Shown one piece after another: positions 1 to 8,088 of a stretch of DNA of 18,284 bases (within the stretch, counting starts at the first letter, position 1; each line of letters begins with the position of its first letter). The DNA is from an uncultured bacterium. GTDB lineage: Bacteria; JAJVIF01; JAPKYR01. A program made the position numbers and the translations under genes. The notes under the pieces were generated by a model. The model had not been told where the DNA came from. It searched no databases and was given only the letters and a program-made list of their open reading frames with translations. The DNA lies in the NCBI GenBank assembly GCA_965369865.1, contig CBDURU010000072.1, positions 1-18,284 on the forward strand, written 5' to 3'.

Positions 1-2
1 TG

Positions 3-1616
3 GTGACTGTCGTTCAGGGGGAAGGTTCTGTGACAGTTGAATGGGGGACAGCGACAGACGCTGAGTCACCGCCGGTTGAGTATCTGCTTTACCTTGACGA
101 AGACGATGAACCGTGGGATCAGGAACCGATGGTCCTCACGACAAGCGACCCGTACGCTTTTACGGACCTGTTTTCCAATATCGACTACCATTTCGGGGTG
201 CGATGCCGTGACAGTGCTGACATTCCGAATACTGATAGTAATGAAAATTTCCTTGTATCAGAGACGATACCCAGGGGCTGGACGTTGGATTGGGGTCATG
301 GGTATTTTTTAAATGAGGATGTCAAGATCGACAGCACGGGAAATATTATAATTATGGGAGAAACGAAATGGGGTATCGATTTTGATCCCGGTGAGGGACA
401 TTCATCTCATGGAGGAAACATATGGGAGGATGTGTTTGTTCTTAAGCTTAATCCGGACCTTGAATTTCAGTGGGCAGGGATAATGTTAAATGGCGGAGAA
501 TCATCTCAGGTCAGTAAAATTGGATTCTGTATAGATTCATTTGATTATATATATGTTTTGTTTTTTGAAACTTTTCACAATGAAACTTACTTATTGAAGG
601 TTGATAATGAGGGAAACCTTTTATGGGAAAAAGTTCTTTATACATTTTCGGAGCCAACGGCAGGTAATAAAGCTATTACTGTTGACACCAACAATGATAT
701 TTATATTACTGGATATTTTAAAGATACTGTAGATTTTAATCCTGGCTCGGGAGAAGATATTTATACATCTATTGGAGGAATCGATTGTTTCATAATTAAA
801 TTCGATTCATCGGGAGTTTTCAAATGGGTTAAAACATGGGGTGGTATTGATTTTGATATATCTCGTGATCTTGCGATTGATTCTAATGGAAATATTTATG
901 TGGGAGGTAGCTTCGAAGATACAGTAGATTTCGATCCCGGACCAGGTATTGAATATCACACATCGAATGGGTTTCGTGATGCTTTCCTGAGCTCATTCGA
1001 TCCGGATGGAAATTTCCGATGGGCAAGGACATGGGGTGGAATTGAATATGAATATGTAGTCGATGTTATCGCCAGCTCTTCAGGGGTTGTTTACGTAGGC
1101 GGTAGTTTCTATGGTCAGGTTGATTTCAATCCAGGTCCGGATGAAGATATTCATACGGCAACTGAAGAACGGTACTCATTCTTATGCAGGTATGACTCCA
1201 ATGGCGCATACAAATTTGTATATCAGTGGAACGGCCTGGGTCAGAATCTTTGTTTTGATGAATATGATAATTTATATATAGCCGGAAGTTTAAACAAAGA
1301 TGTGGATCTGGACCCGAGTGATGGAACTAACTTTCATAGTGCAACTCCGGGGTCTAATAAATCATACTATAGCAAGTACAATCCTTCAGGAGAATACTTA
1401 TGGTCAAGGGTCTGGGATGGACCTGAGAGTCAAGTAATTGCCCAGGGGATAGCAGTTGACGGTGATATTAATGTTTATGTTGTTGGCACATTTTTTGGGC
1501 CAGGTATTGACTTCGATCCTGGACCGGGATTAGACGTACGTGGTACTGGCAACTATCCGGATTCGTATACTAATGTATTGTACCTTAGCAAATTCCCCCC
1601 GGACGGATATTGGTGA
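3..1616 (+). CDS. FN3-domain + SBBP-type beta-propeller repeat protein (probably secreted/surface; 5'-truncated by window edge)
   Basis: The N-terminal VTVEW...EYLLY...TDL..NIDYHFGVRCRD pattern is fibronectin type III-like. Six (V/I)D(F/L)(D/N)P-x-x-(G/D) loops follow, with blade motifs such as AIDSNGNIYVGGSF and KFDSSGVFKWVKTWGG. The frame is open to the window start. Confidence 0.85.
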   Translation: MTVVQGEGSVTVEWGTATDAESPPVEYLLYLDEDDEPWDQEPMVLTTSDPYAFTDLFSNIDYHFGVRCRDSADIPNTDSNENFLVSETIPRGWTLDWGHGYFLNEDVKIDSTGNIIIMGETKWGIDFDPGEGHSSHGGNIWEDVFVLKLNPDLEFQWAGIMLNGGESSQVSKIGFCIDSFDYIYVLFFETFHNETYLLKVDNEGNLLWEKVLYTFSEPTAGNKAITVDTNNDIYITGYFKDTVDFNPGSGEDIYTSIGGIDCFIIKFDSSGVFKWVKTWGGIDFDISRDLAIDSNGNIYVGGSFEDTVDFDPGPGIEYHTSNGFRDAFLSSFDPDGNFRWARTWGGIEYEYVVDVIASSSGVVYVGGSFYGQVDFNPGPDEDIHTATEERYSFLCRYDSNGAYKFVYQWNGLGQNLCFDEYDNLYIAGSLNKDVDLDPSDGTNFHSATPGSNKSYYSKYNPSGEYLWSRVWDGPESQVIAQGIAVDGDINVYVVGTFFGPGIDFDPGPGLDVRGTGNYPDSYTNVLYLSKFPPDGYW

Positions 1617-1701
1617 AGCGATTTGCGAGACTAACCCGTCCCTGCTGATCGATTTGGCCTCACTGCTATTTATATTTTCACCTTTATTTTAATACTCCCC
1701 C

Positions 1702-1728
1702 TTAATTAACCTTAAATAATGCCGATAC
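1702..1728 (+). promoter_or_regulatory. sigma28 (FliA/SigD)-like promoter
   Basis: TTAA(1702-1705)-N15-GCCGATAC(1721-1728) versus consensus TAAA-N15-GCCGATAA, directly upstream of a flagellar operon. Confidence 0.7.
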
Positions 1729-1735
1729 GAGAAAT

Positions 1736-1798
1736 ATCGCATCAGATCGATGCGGTGCCGGCGTGCGCGTATGCCGGTATCAAATAGAAAGGAGGTGA
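1736..1798 (+). promoter_or_regulatory. structured 5' leader (two hairpins) and strong RBS of fliK
   Basis: ATCGCATC/GATGCGGT stem (1736-1756); 12-bp stem 1754-1781 with four G-U pairs; AAGGAGGTGA at 1789-1798, 6 nt before the ATG. Confidence 0.55.
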
Positions 1799-1804
1799 AA
1801 ACAT

Positions 1805-3562
1805 ATGCCGGAAGTAAATTTACCCAATCCCATGGTCAACATGGCCATGGAGATTAAACCCGCGGACCCGATTAAGGTTCCGGATTCCCAGGGCGCCGAC
1901 AGGACAATTCAGCCTCGTGAGACTGAATCGTTCGATCGTGTTCTCGAACGGATCGAACGGGCAAAATCACAGTCGCGTGATGCCCCTGTCAAAGGTTCTA
2001 ACCATGAGCCTAAACAGGCTAAGCAGACCGACAGTGAGCCTGTGAAGTCCAATTCCGGGAAGTCCGAATCACCGGAAACCGCGGATGAGCAGGTTCCACA
2101 GGGTACCGCAGAGAATCCCGGATCGACTGAGACAGTAGAAACGCAGGATGGAAATTCTGCCCAGACCGGTTCAGGATCTTCAGCGGAGTCGCATGAATCC
2201 ATTCCAACGGATGGATCCAATGCCGGCAATAGCGGGGCATTGGAATTCCTGGCGGGATTTCTCGGTCCGGAAGTTTCAGTAACCGCTGGACTACAAGCAG
2301 AACCATTGGTTACTGCCAAACCCGCACAACCTGCTCTGACAGTGGCGCTACCCCAGCCGGTGGATGTAGCAAAGCCGATTAATGTAGCACTGCCTGCCCA
2401 AGCCTTACCGGTTCTGACAATTCCTGTTGAATTACAGCCACCTGTGGCTGAATCAGCGCCGGTTGTTGCATTAAAACCTGATCTTGTATCAGCAATTGAT
2501 GCCCGACCGGTTGATTTGCCTGTAATTGAGAACGAAGGACCTTTGTTCAATATCCAGGTGGGTCAAAATTCAAGGGAGATTGCAGTCCCGACCAATCAGG
2601 CGCAGGTACCCCAGCAGATGGTCTTTGAACCACCGGGTAATCCATTACCCGTCCAACTCGAAGCTCCAACCGTTTCTGTCAGCAATTCCGTTCCCGAATC
2701 CCAATGGACCAATATTCTCGAAATTGACAGGCTTCTGAACCCGTCTTTACGCCAGGGTTCGCAGTTGTCAAATTCACAGCAGTCGACCATTCAGCAAAAC
2801 AAGACGATGCAATCGTTTACAGCGGATGCACGTCCCGATGTGAATGTAACTTCGAGAAATCCGGAACCATCGAGATTCGATTGGCGGACTCCTGAGAAAC
2901 CTTCAGGCCAGGTAGTTGAGAACAGGTTGATTTCAGGCTCCAAACCCGAGATCAACCAACAGCCGGTAATCCGTGAATCTCTCTTGCAGTTCAGCGAGAT
3001 TTACCGTCCGATTATCGAGCTCCCGACTCTAACGTACCAGCCGGGAACGGTGATTGAATCCAATGCGGTGGCCAATGTGGCCCGGGCAGTACATGCCCAG
3101 ACCATGGCAGCTCAAAAATCCGTGGTCAATACCGAGACCCTGGTCGCGGATATCCGTGATGCGGTAATGCGATTAGCGTCGGATGGACGTGGAGAAGTGA
3201 GAATCGTCATGCATCCACCGGAACTTGGGGAGCTTATTGTCCGGATCGAGAGTTCGAAAAACGGCGTAGTGAGGGCTGAATTCCATACGCTCAGTCCACT
3301 CGTCCGCGAATCTCTTGAGGCCGGGCTTCATAAGTTAACCGAAGCGCTGGAAGCTGAAGGTTTGACTCTCGAACATGCCGGTGTTTACCTGAATCTTGGA
3401 CTCGGAGCGGAAGGAAATTCCGGAGAGCCGGATGCAAATTCGGTTGGGAACTCCAATCCTCTGGATCCAAATGATGAGGAAATGTCCGGGATTTTACCGG
3501 GAGAATTCTCACCGACGGTCGAAAGGCTGCCGGAAGGCGCGACTTTCAGTGTACTTGCCTGA
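1805..3562 (+). CDS. fliK: flagellar hook-length control protein FliK
   Basis: Long low-complexity P/S/Q/A-rich N-terminal region and a C-terminal FliK_C motif (EVRIVMHPPELGELIVRI...VRESLEAGLHKLTEALEAEGL); immediately upstream of flgD. Confidence 0.92.
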   Translation: MPEVNLPNPMVNMAMEIKPADPIKVPDSQGADRTIQPRETESFDRVLERIERAKSQSRDAPVKGSNHEPKQAKQTDSEPVKSNSGKSESPETADEQVPQGTAENPGSTETVETQDGNSAQTGSGSSAESHESIPTDGSNAGNSGALEFLAGFLGPEVSVTAGLQAEPLVTAKPAQPALTVALPQPVDVAKPINVALPAQALPVLTIPVELQPPVAESAPVVALKPDLVSAIDARPVDLPVIENEGPLFNIQVGQNSREIAVPTNQAQVPQQMVFEPPGNPLPVQLEAPTVSVSNSVPESQWTNILEIDRLLNPSLRQGSQLSNSQQSTIQQNKTMQSFTADARPDVNVTSRNPEPSRFDWRTPEKPSGQVVENRLISGSKPEINQQPVIRESLLQFSEIYRPIIELPTLTYQPGTVIESNAVANVARAVHAQTMAAQKSVVNTETLVADIRDAVMRLASDGRGEVRIVMHPPELGELIVRIESSKNGVVRAEFHTLSPLVRESLEAGLHKLTEALEAEGLTLEHAGVYLNLGLGAEGNSGEPDANSVGNSNPLDPNDEEMSGILPGEFSPTVERLPEGATFSVLA

Positions 3563-3604
3563 ACTCAGGCGTTTACTTTTTAAAAAAGTAAAAAGGAGCA
3601 GATT

Positions 3605-4054
3605 ATGCTCGCAAACGATGTAGTAAGTCTTCTCAACTCACAGACAAGCCAGACCCAGATACGGACGCCGTCCCCCGAGATGGACAAGCAGACATTTCTT
3701 ATTCTCCTGACAAAGCAGCTCGCTAACCAGGACCCGCTCGATCCTATGAAATCAGAGGAATTCGTCAGCCAGCTTGCGCAGTTCAGCAGTCTTGAGCAGG
3801 CGATGACCCTGAATGCAAATTTCGAGCAGTTCATGGCGTTCCAGCAGCTTACCCAGGCGACCAGCCTTATTGGTAAAACCGTAGTCTGCCTGGTTTACAC
3901 GCCGGAAGGCCTCATTCCTGTTGCAGGTGTTGTAGAAATGGTTATGACGCTTGATGGGCAGGTCTACCTGAAGCTGTCGGACGGCAGCGAGGTTGAGTTG
4001 TCTTCGGTAATTTCGGTTGAACCAACGCCGACTGGAGAGGATGGTGATTCCTGA
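3605..4054 (+). CDS. flgD: flagellar hook capping protein FlgD
   Basis: Signature FLILLTKQLANQDPLDPMKSEEFVSQLAQFSSLEQ...ATSLIGKTV; RBS AAGGAG upstream. Confidence 0.96.
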   Translation: MLANDVVSLLNSQTSQTQIRTPSPEMDKQTFLILLTKQLANQDPLDPMKSEEFVSQLAQFSSLEQAMTLNANFEQFMAFQQLTQATSLIGKTVVCLVYTPEGLIPVAGVVEMVMTLDGQVYLKLSDGSEVELSSVISVEPTPTGEDGDS

Positions 4055-4449
4055 TGACAGCTTTACCAATTCATCCTGGAACCCCGCCCCCGGCTCCGTC
4101 AACGACTCAACCGGCACGGATTGTTAAGAACTTCCGTAGTACCTCATTCGATCCGGGACAGTTCCGTCGTGAGCTTGATTCCCGAATTAAACCGGAGGGT
4201 TTGAAATTTTCCCGCCATGCAAGAAAGCGTCTTGAAATGCGCGGGATATCGTTCACTCCCGATGGGTTAAAAAGGATCGAAAGCGCGGTGAACAGGTTGG
4301 CCGGCAAGGGGTGCAGGGATGCTTTGATTATTGCCGGTAAACTTGCCCTCGTTGTTGGGGTTGATAACCGTACTGTTGTCACCGTGATGGATCAGGACAA
4401 CATGCATGAGTCTGTGATTACTAATATCGATTCCGCGGTTTTCGCATAG
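4054..4449 (+). CDS. flagellar operon protein of unknown function (TIGR02530 / Flagellar_put family)
   Basis: Motifs LKFSRHARKRLEMRGI and ALVVGVDNRTVVTVMD...VITNIDSAV; located between flgD and flgE; TGATG stop/start overlap with flgD. Confidence 0.9.
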   Translation: MTALPIHPGTPPPAPSTTQPARIVKNFRSTSFDPGQFRRELDSRIKPEGLKFSRHARKRLEMRGISFTPDGLKRIESAVNRLAGKGCRDALIIAGKLALVVGVDNRTVVTVMDQDNMHESVITNIDSAVFA

Positions 4450-4475
4450 ATAAAACCAGGGATTTCGAATTTTAT

Positions 4476-4496
4476 TGAGAAGTAAATGAGAAGTAA
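4476..4496 (+). repeat. tandem direct repeat TGAGAAGTAA x2 (11-bp period)
   Basis: Exact copies at 4476-4485 and 4487-4496; further TGAG(A) at 4513, 4523 and 4527. Confidence 0.7.
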
Positions 4497-4525
4497 TTAA
4501 GGAATTTCTTAGTGAGAGCATATGA

Positions 4526-4727
4526 GTGAGAAGGACGGTTCGGACCTCCCGGAGGAGAACCCCTCTCACCGGATCGACCGGAAGTGTCGATCCGCACCAA
4601 ACAAAGTAACATGCGCATTCTGCGCATGACATTATGTCCCATTTGCATTCTGCAAATGGCCCATAATAAAAATACCGGCATTTATCCCTTTGTTACGGGA
4701 TTGCGTGGATTTAAGGCGCAACCGGTA
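4526..4727 (+). ncRNA. candidate cis-regulatory structured RNA in the flgE leader
   Basis: Consecutive hairpins at 4526-4569, 4570-4594 (perfect 9-bp stem, loop CGGAAGT), 4610-4628 and 4639-4659, plus a possible three-way junction at 4673-4727. Confidence 0.5.
4606..4659 (+). repeat. pair of GCATTCTGC-core palindromes (operator- or REP-like), 30 bp apart
   Basis: GTAACATGCGCATTCTGCGCATGA (4606-4629) and CCATTTGCATTCTGCAAATGG (4639-4659). The first matches the reverse complement of 8119-8142 at 23/24. Confidence 0.85.
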
Positions 4728-4785
4728 CGGCGTTTATTGTTTAAACTTTTAACGACTAAATTTAAACTCCAAGGGAGGATTTTAA

Positions 4786-7071
4786 ATGGTTGGAAGCGCA
4801 TTATATGCCGCGATAAGCGGCTTGAAGACCCAGCAGGTTAAGCTGGACGTTATAGCCAACAATGTCGCCAACCTCAACACCTATGGGTTCAAAGCGTCGA
4901 GAATCGCGTTCAGCGATCTCCTTGCCCAGACCCTGAGATCCGCAGCGGCCCCGCAGTCGGGGCGTGGCGGAACCAATCCTGTTCAGGTAGGTGTTGGCGT
5001 TCAATTGGCGGCCATCGATACGATAACTACCCAGGGGTCAATCCAGACAACTGGTAATCTGACAGACCTTGCTATTAACGGTGAAGGATTTTTTATCATA
5101 TCGGATGGCACCAGGTTGGTTTACACACGGGCAGGAAATTTCTCACTGGATGCTGAGGGTGCATTTATAACCCCAAACGGTTATCGCGTTCAAGGATTTA
5201 CCGAATATAATGAAGCTGGTGAGATAGATACATCGACTACCCTGTCCGATATTATTGTTAATTTCGGAGAGAAACTCGCAGGCAGGGCGACAACCGTTGT
5301 TAATTATTCATCTAACCTTGATTCTAGTTCGTACACCTTCGGTTCAGCGGAACTGATGACGGCTGGATCAACAGGATTTACTATCGCTGCAGGTATCGCG
5401 GTCCCGATCGCAAATTACTCAGGTATCCAGGTTGATGACGGTACCATCAACGGACCTCTTGGCAACCTGGATGCAGGTCCCGGTGACTTGATCCTTAATG
5501 GACAAAATATCACTTTTACATTCCCGGTGGGTTTTGTCTGGGGAAACCCGGCTACCGTGGCGCAATTCATTGCTGATGAGATCAACAGCCAGTCATCTAT
5601 TATTTATGCCAGGGTTGGATCTAATGGCGAGTTATTGCTTCAGAATATCATCGGGGGTGAAGGTAATGATATCATCATCGCTGGTAATGCCCCCTATCTG
5701 ACCCTCATCGGACTTGCGGCTGGTACGTACGAGGCTCCCGAGGCGGATTCCTCACTTGCTGGTTTGCATACCCTCACAATTACCGATGCCGTTGCCGCTA
5801 CTGACACAACCACTATCCCTGTGGCGGCTGGTGCATTAGCCGCGGATACCATTGATATCTATGGAATAGTCGGTGGTGTGCCCGGACCGGTCACGATTTC
5901 TTATGGCCCGACTTCCGCGGCAAACACTTCAGCGCAGAACGCGCAGGTGGTTGCGGATGCAATTAATGCGGAAAACGCTGCCAATCCTAATTTCTTTATC
6001 ACGGCTACCGCTAATGCTAATGGTACCATCACTTTGACTAGTGACCTTGCCGGTGAGGCAAATGAGATTATCATCTCAGACCCAGGGCCGGCGGCGTTAC
6101 AATTCAACACTCTGGGAACCTTTGATGGCGTCAACTATGTAGTTAGTAATGGTGTGGATGCAACGGTTGAGAACCTCTTCGTTTCAGACGACGAAACTGT
6201 CACCTGGACTCGAACTATTGCCGACCAGACATCCTTCGGGATTGCAAGTACTCTTGACAACCTCGAAACTCTGATTCTTGGTGATAACCCGCCTTTCCCA
6301 CTGGTTCCGGGAGTAACCCTGATTGCGGATGAACTTCTGCCAGGACAGGCTACTATCCAGACACACGGTGCTTTCGAGCACCAGACCAGCATCATTGTCT
6401 TTGATTCTGCCAGTAACGAACATCAGGTGAGAATCATTTTCCAGCATACCGGGGCTGGTGAATGGGAGTGGACCGCGAGTCTTCCAAATGAACCGCAGTA
6501 TTCACTGACCAATACCAGTGGAACGGTAACATTTGGGCCAAATGGTTTACTGTTGTCCGGTAACCCGACTATACCGATTATATTTACGCCTGTCGGGGCT
6601 AACACCCTCAGGATTTACCTTAATTTCGATGGGCAGGGGAACCCGATTGACGGAATAACCCAGTTCGCGGCAAATTCAACAACAGTTGCTGAAAGCCAGG
6701 ACGGTTACTCCATGGGAACTCTCCAGGCATTTGGGTTCGACCCGTCAGGCACTCTTCAGGGCGTTTATTCAAACGGTCTGACCAGGCCGCTTGGCCGTCT
6801 GGCGCTTGCCGTTTTCTCAAATCCGGCCGGCCTGCACAGGCTGGGCGACAATAACTGGGTTACGACACAGAACTCCGGACTTCCAAGGGTTGCCTTAGCA
6901 CGTGAAAGCGGCGCCGGCGAGATTCTCGCTGGTTCGCTTGAACAGTCGAATGTCGACCCGGCTACCGAATTTACTGAATTAATTGTAGCTCAACGTTCAT
7001 TCCAGGCGAATTCGAGGATCATCACTACCCAGGACCAGATCCTGCAGGAAGTCGTGAACCTCGTCCGGTAA
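4786..7071 (+). CDS. flgE: flagellar hook protein FlgE (large, with central insertion)
   Basis: N-terminal ALYAAISGL...VIANNVANLNTYGFKASR; TGNLTDLAINGEGFF...YTRAGNF; C-terminal GSLEQSNVDPATEFTELIVAQRSFQANSRIITTQD; RBS GGGAGG. Confidence 0.97.
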   Translation: MVGSALYAAISGLKTQQVKLDVIANNVANLNTYGFKASRIAFSDLLAQTLRSAAAPQSGRGGTNPVQVGVGVQLAAIDTITTQGSIQTTGNLTDLAINGEGFFIISDGTRLVYTRAGNFSLDAEGAFITPNGYRVQGFTEYNEAGEIDTSTTLSDIIVNFGEKLAGRATTVVNYSSNLDSSSYTFGSAELMTAGSTGFTIAAGIAVPIANYSGIQVDDGTINGPLGNLDAGPGDLILNGQNITFTFPVGFVWGNPATVAQFIADEINSQSSIIYARVGSNGELLLQNIIGGEGNDIIIAGNAPYLTLIGLAAGTYEAPEADSSLAGLHTLTITDAVAATDTTTIPVAAGALAADTIDIYGIVGGVPGPVTISYGPTSAANTSAQNAQVVADAINAENAANPNFFITATANANGTITLTSDLAGEANEIIISDPGPAALQFNTLGTFDGVNYVVSNGVDATVENLFVSDDETVTWTRTIADQTSFGIASTLDNLETLILGDNPPFPLVPGVTLIADELLPGQATIQTHGAFEHQTSIIVFDSASNEHQVRIIFQHTGAGEWEWTASLPNEPQYSLTNTSGTVTFGPNGLLLSGNPTIPIIFTPVGANTLRIYLNFDGQGNPIDGITQFAANSTTVAESQDGYSMGTLQAFGFDPSGTLQGVYSNGLTRPLGRLALAVFSNPAGLHRLGDNNWVTTQNSGLPRVALARESGAGEILAGSLEQSNVDPATEFTELIVAQRSFQANSRIITTQDQILQEVVNLVR

Positions 7072-7112
7072 TTTTTTGAAGTTTTGACTAAATTCAATGA
7101 AGTATTTTCAAT

Positions 7113-7140
7113 GGGGACACCTAATCAGGTGTCCCCTTTT
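7113..7140 (+). terminator. intrinsic terminator-like hairpin between convergent flgE and MBL genes (GGGGACAC repeat family)
   Basis: GGGGACACCT-AATC-AGGTGTCCCC perfect 10-bp stem followed by TTTT. Confidence 0.75.
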
Positions 7141-7146
7141 CCAGTT

Positions 7147-8070
7147 TCAAGGCAACTCGGGCCACCGGACTCTTCTTAAAGGCTCCAGCCAACCCTCATC
7201 CAATGGTCTCGCCATAAAATTCCCTTTTTCATCCTTTCCAACTTTTGCCCATGGATATCGGGTCTCGTGCGGGAAAATTATTAGAGCTCCCTCGTCCATC
7301 CATTGCGAAAGCAGTCGTTCCTTCAACTCGACCTGCTTCAATGGATCAAGGTCATAACCCATGATCCACGGAACAGGCATATGCGCTCCCGTCGGAATCA
7401 GATCGCTCACAAATATTGCTGCTTGATCGTTCTCATCTGGCCCGATTCGAACAATTGACTGCCCGGGCGTATGTCCACCGACAACCTGGAAATTTATACC
7501 GGGTACGATCTCGATTTCATTATCTCCGTCATGAATTTCCATAAGACCTGCCTCATGGATCGGCAACCAGTCCTGTTCCAGGTAACTTGCGCGGTTTCTC
7601 GGATTTGGATTTAGGGCGGTCTCCCATTCTGTTGCATGTACATGATGCCTTGCGTTCGGGAAATGCGGGATCAGCTCGCCTTTCTTATCGTAAATCGTGA
7701 GTGAACCTGAATGATCGAAATGAAGGTGCGACAGGATCACGTGATCTATATCTTCCGCTTTCAAACCCAGTCTGGCCAGTTCCTCATCGATTGATGTTAT
7801 GTGATCGATGCCATAGATGAACTCGAATTTCTCCGGGTTTTTGTTGCCGATCCCGGCTTCTATCAATATTTTCCGATCTTTATTGACCGCAAGCAGGCAG
7901 GAAAGGCACATATCGATACGGTTGCGTTCATCGGGAGGTTTGACTTTTTCCCACATGGGTTTCGGGATGACTCCAAACATCGCTCCGCCATCGAGACGGT
8001 AAAGCCCGTCGGAGATGGCGTAGAGGGTCCAATCGCCGAGTTTGTATTCAGGGGGTTTTCTGTCTGGCAT
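7147..8070 (-). CDS. MBL-fold metallo-hydrolase, YtnP-like (quorum-quenching lactonase family)
   Basis: LDGGAMFGVIPKPMW family signature; SHLHFDHSG (HxHxDH), GGHTPG, SDLIP, MGYDL and HE metal-ligand motifs. Confidence 0.92.
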   Translation of the reverse strand: MPDRKPPEYKLGDWTLYAISDGLYRLDGGAMFGVIPKPMWEKVKPPDERNRIDMCLSCLLAVNKDRKILIEAGIGNKNPEKFEFIYGIDHITSIDEELARLGLKAEDIDHVILSHLHFDHSGSLTIYDKKGELIPHFPNARHHVHATEWETALNPNPRNRASYLEQDWLPIHEAGLMEIHDGDNEIEIVPGINFQVVGGHTPGQSIVRIGPDENDQAAIFVSDLIPTGAHMPVPWIMGYDLDPLKQVELKERLLSQWMDEGALIIFPHETRYPWAKVGKDEKGNFMARPLDEGWLEPLRRVRWPELP

Positions 8071-8088
8071 TGTTGATCTCTTTCTATT

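Noticed and set aside
3..1616. diversity-generating retroelement target
   Set aside because: No template/variable repeat pair differing at adenines and no reverse transcriptase in the window.
1730..1790. c-di-GMP riboswitch ahead of flagellar genes
   Set aside because: No GCAAACC/GAAA-tetraloop/ACGCAAAGC-type pattern here or in the flgE leader.
1909..2550. 213-aa antisense ORF within fliK
   Set aside because: Shadow of a low-complexity coding strand with no recognisable motifs. The same applies to 9675-10172, 16957-17448, 17789-18256 and the other overlapping short ORFs.
3557..3592. terminator between fliK and flgD
   Set aside because: GCCTGA/TCAGGC has only a 2-nt loop and the TTTACTTTTT/AAAAAGTAAA stem is nearly all A-T; too weak to call, though partial attenuation is not excluded.
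4472..4841. leader-peptide ORFs in the flgE spacer
   Set aside because: They run through palindromes or overlap flgE out of frame, with no convincing RBS or codon signal.
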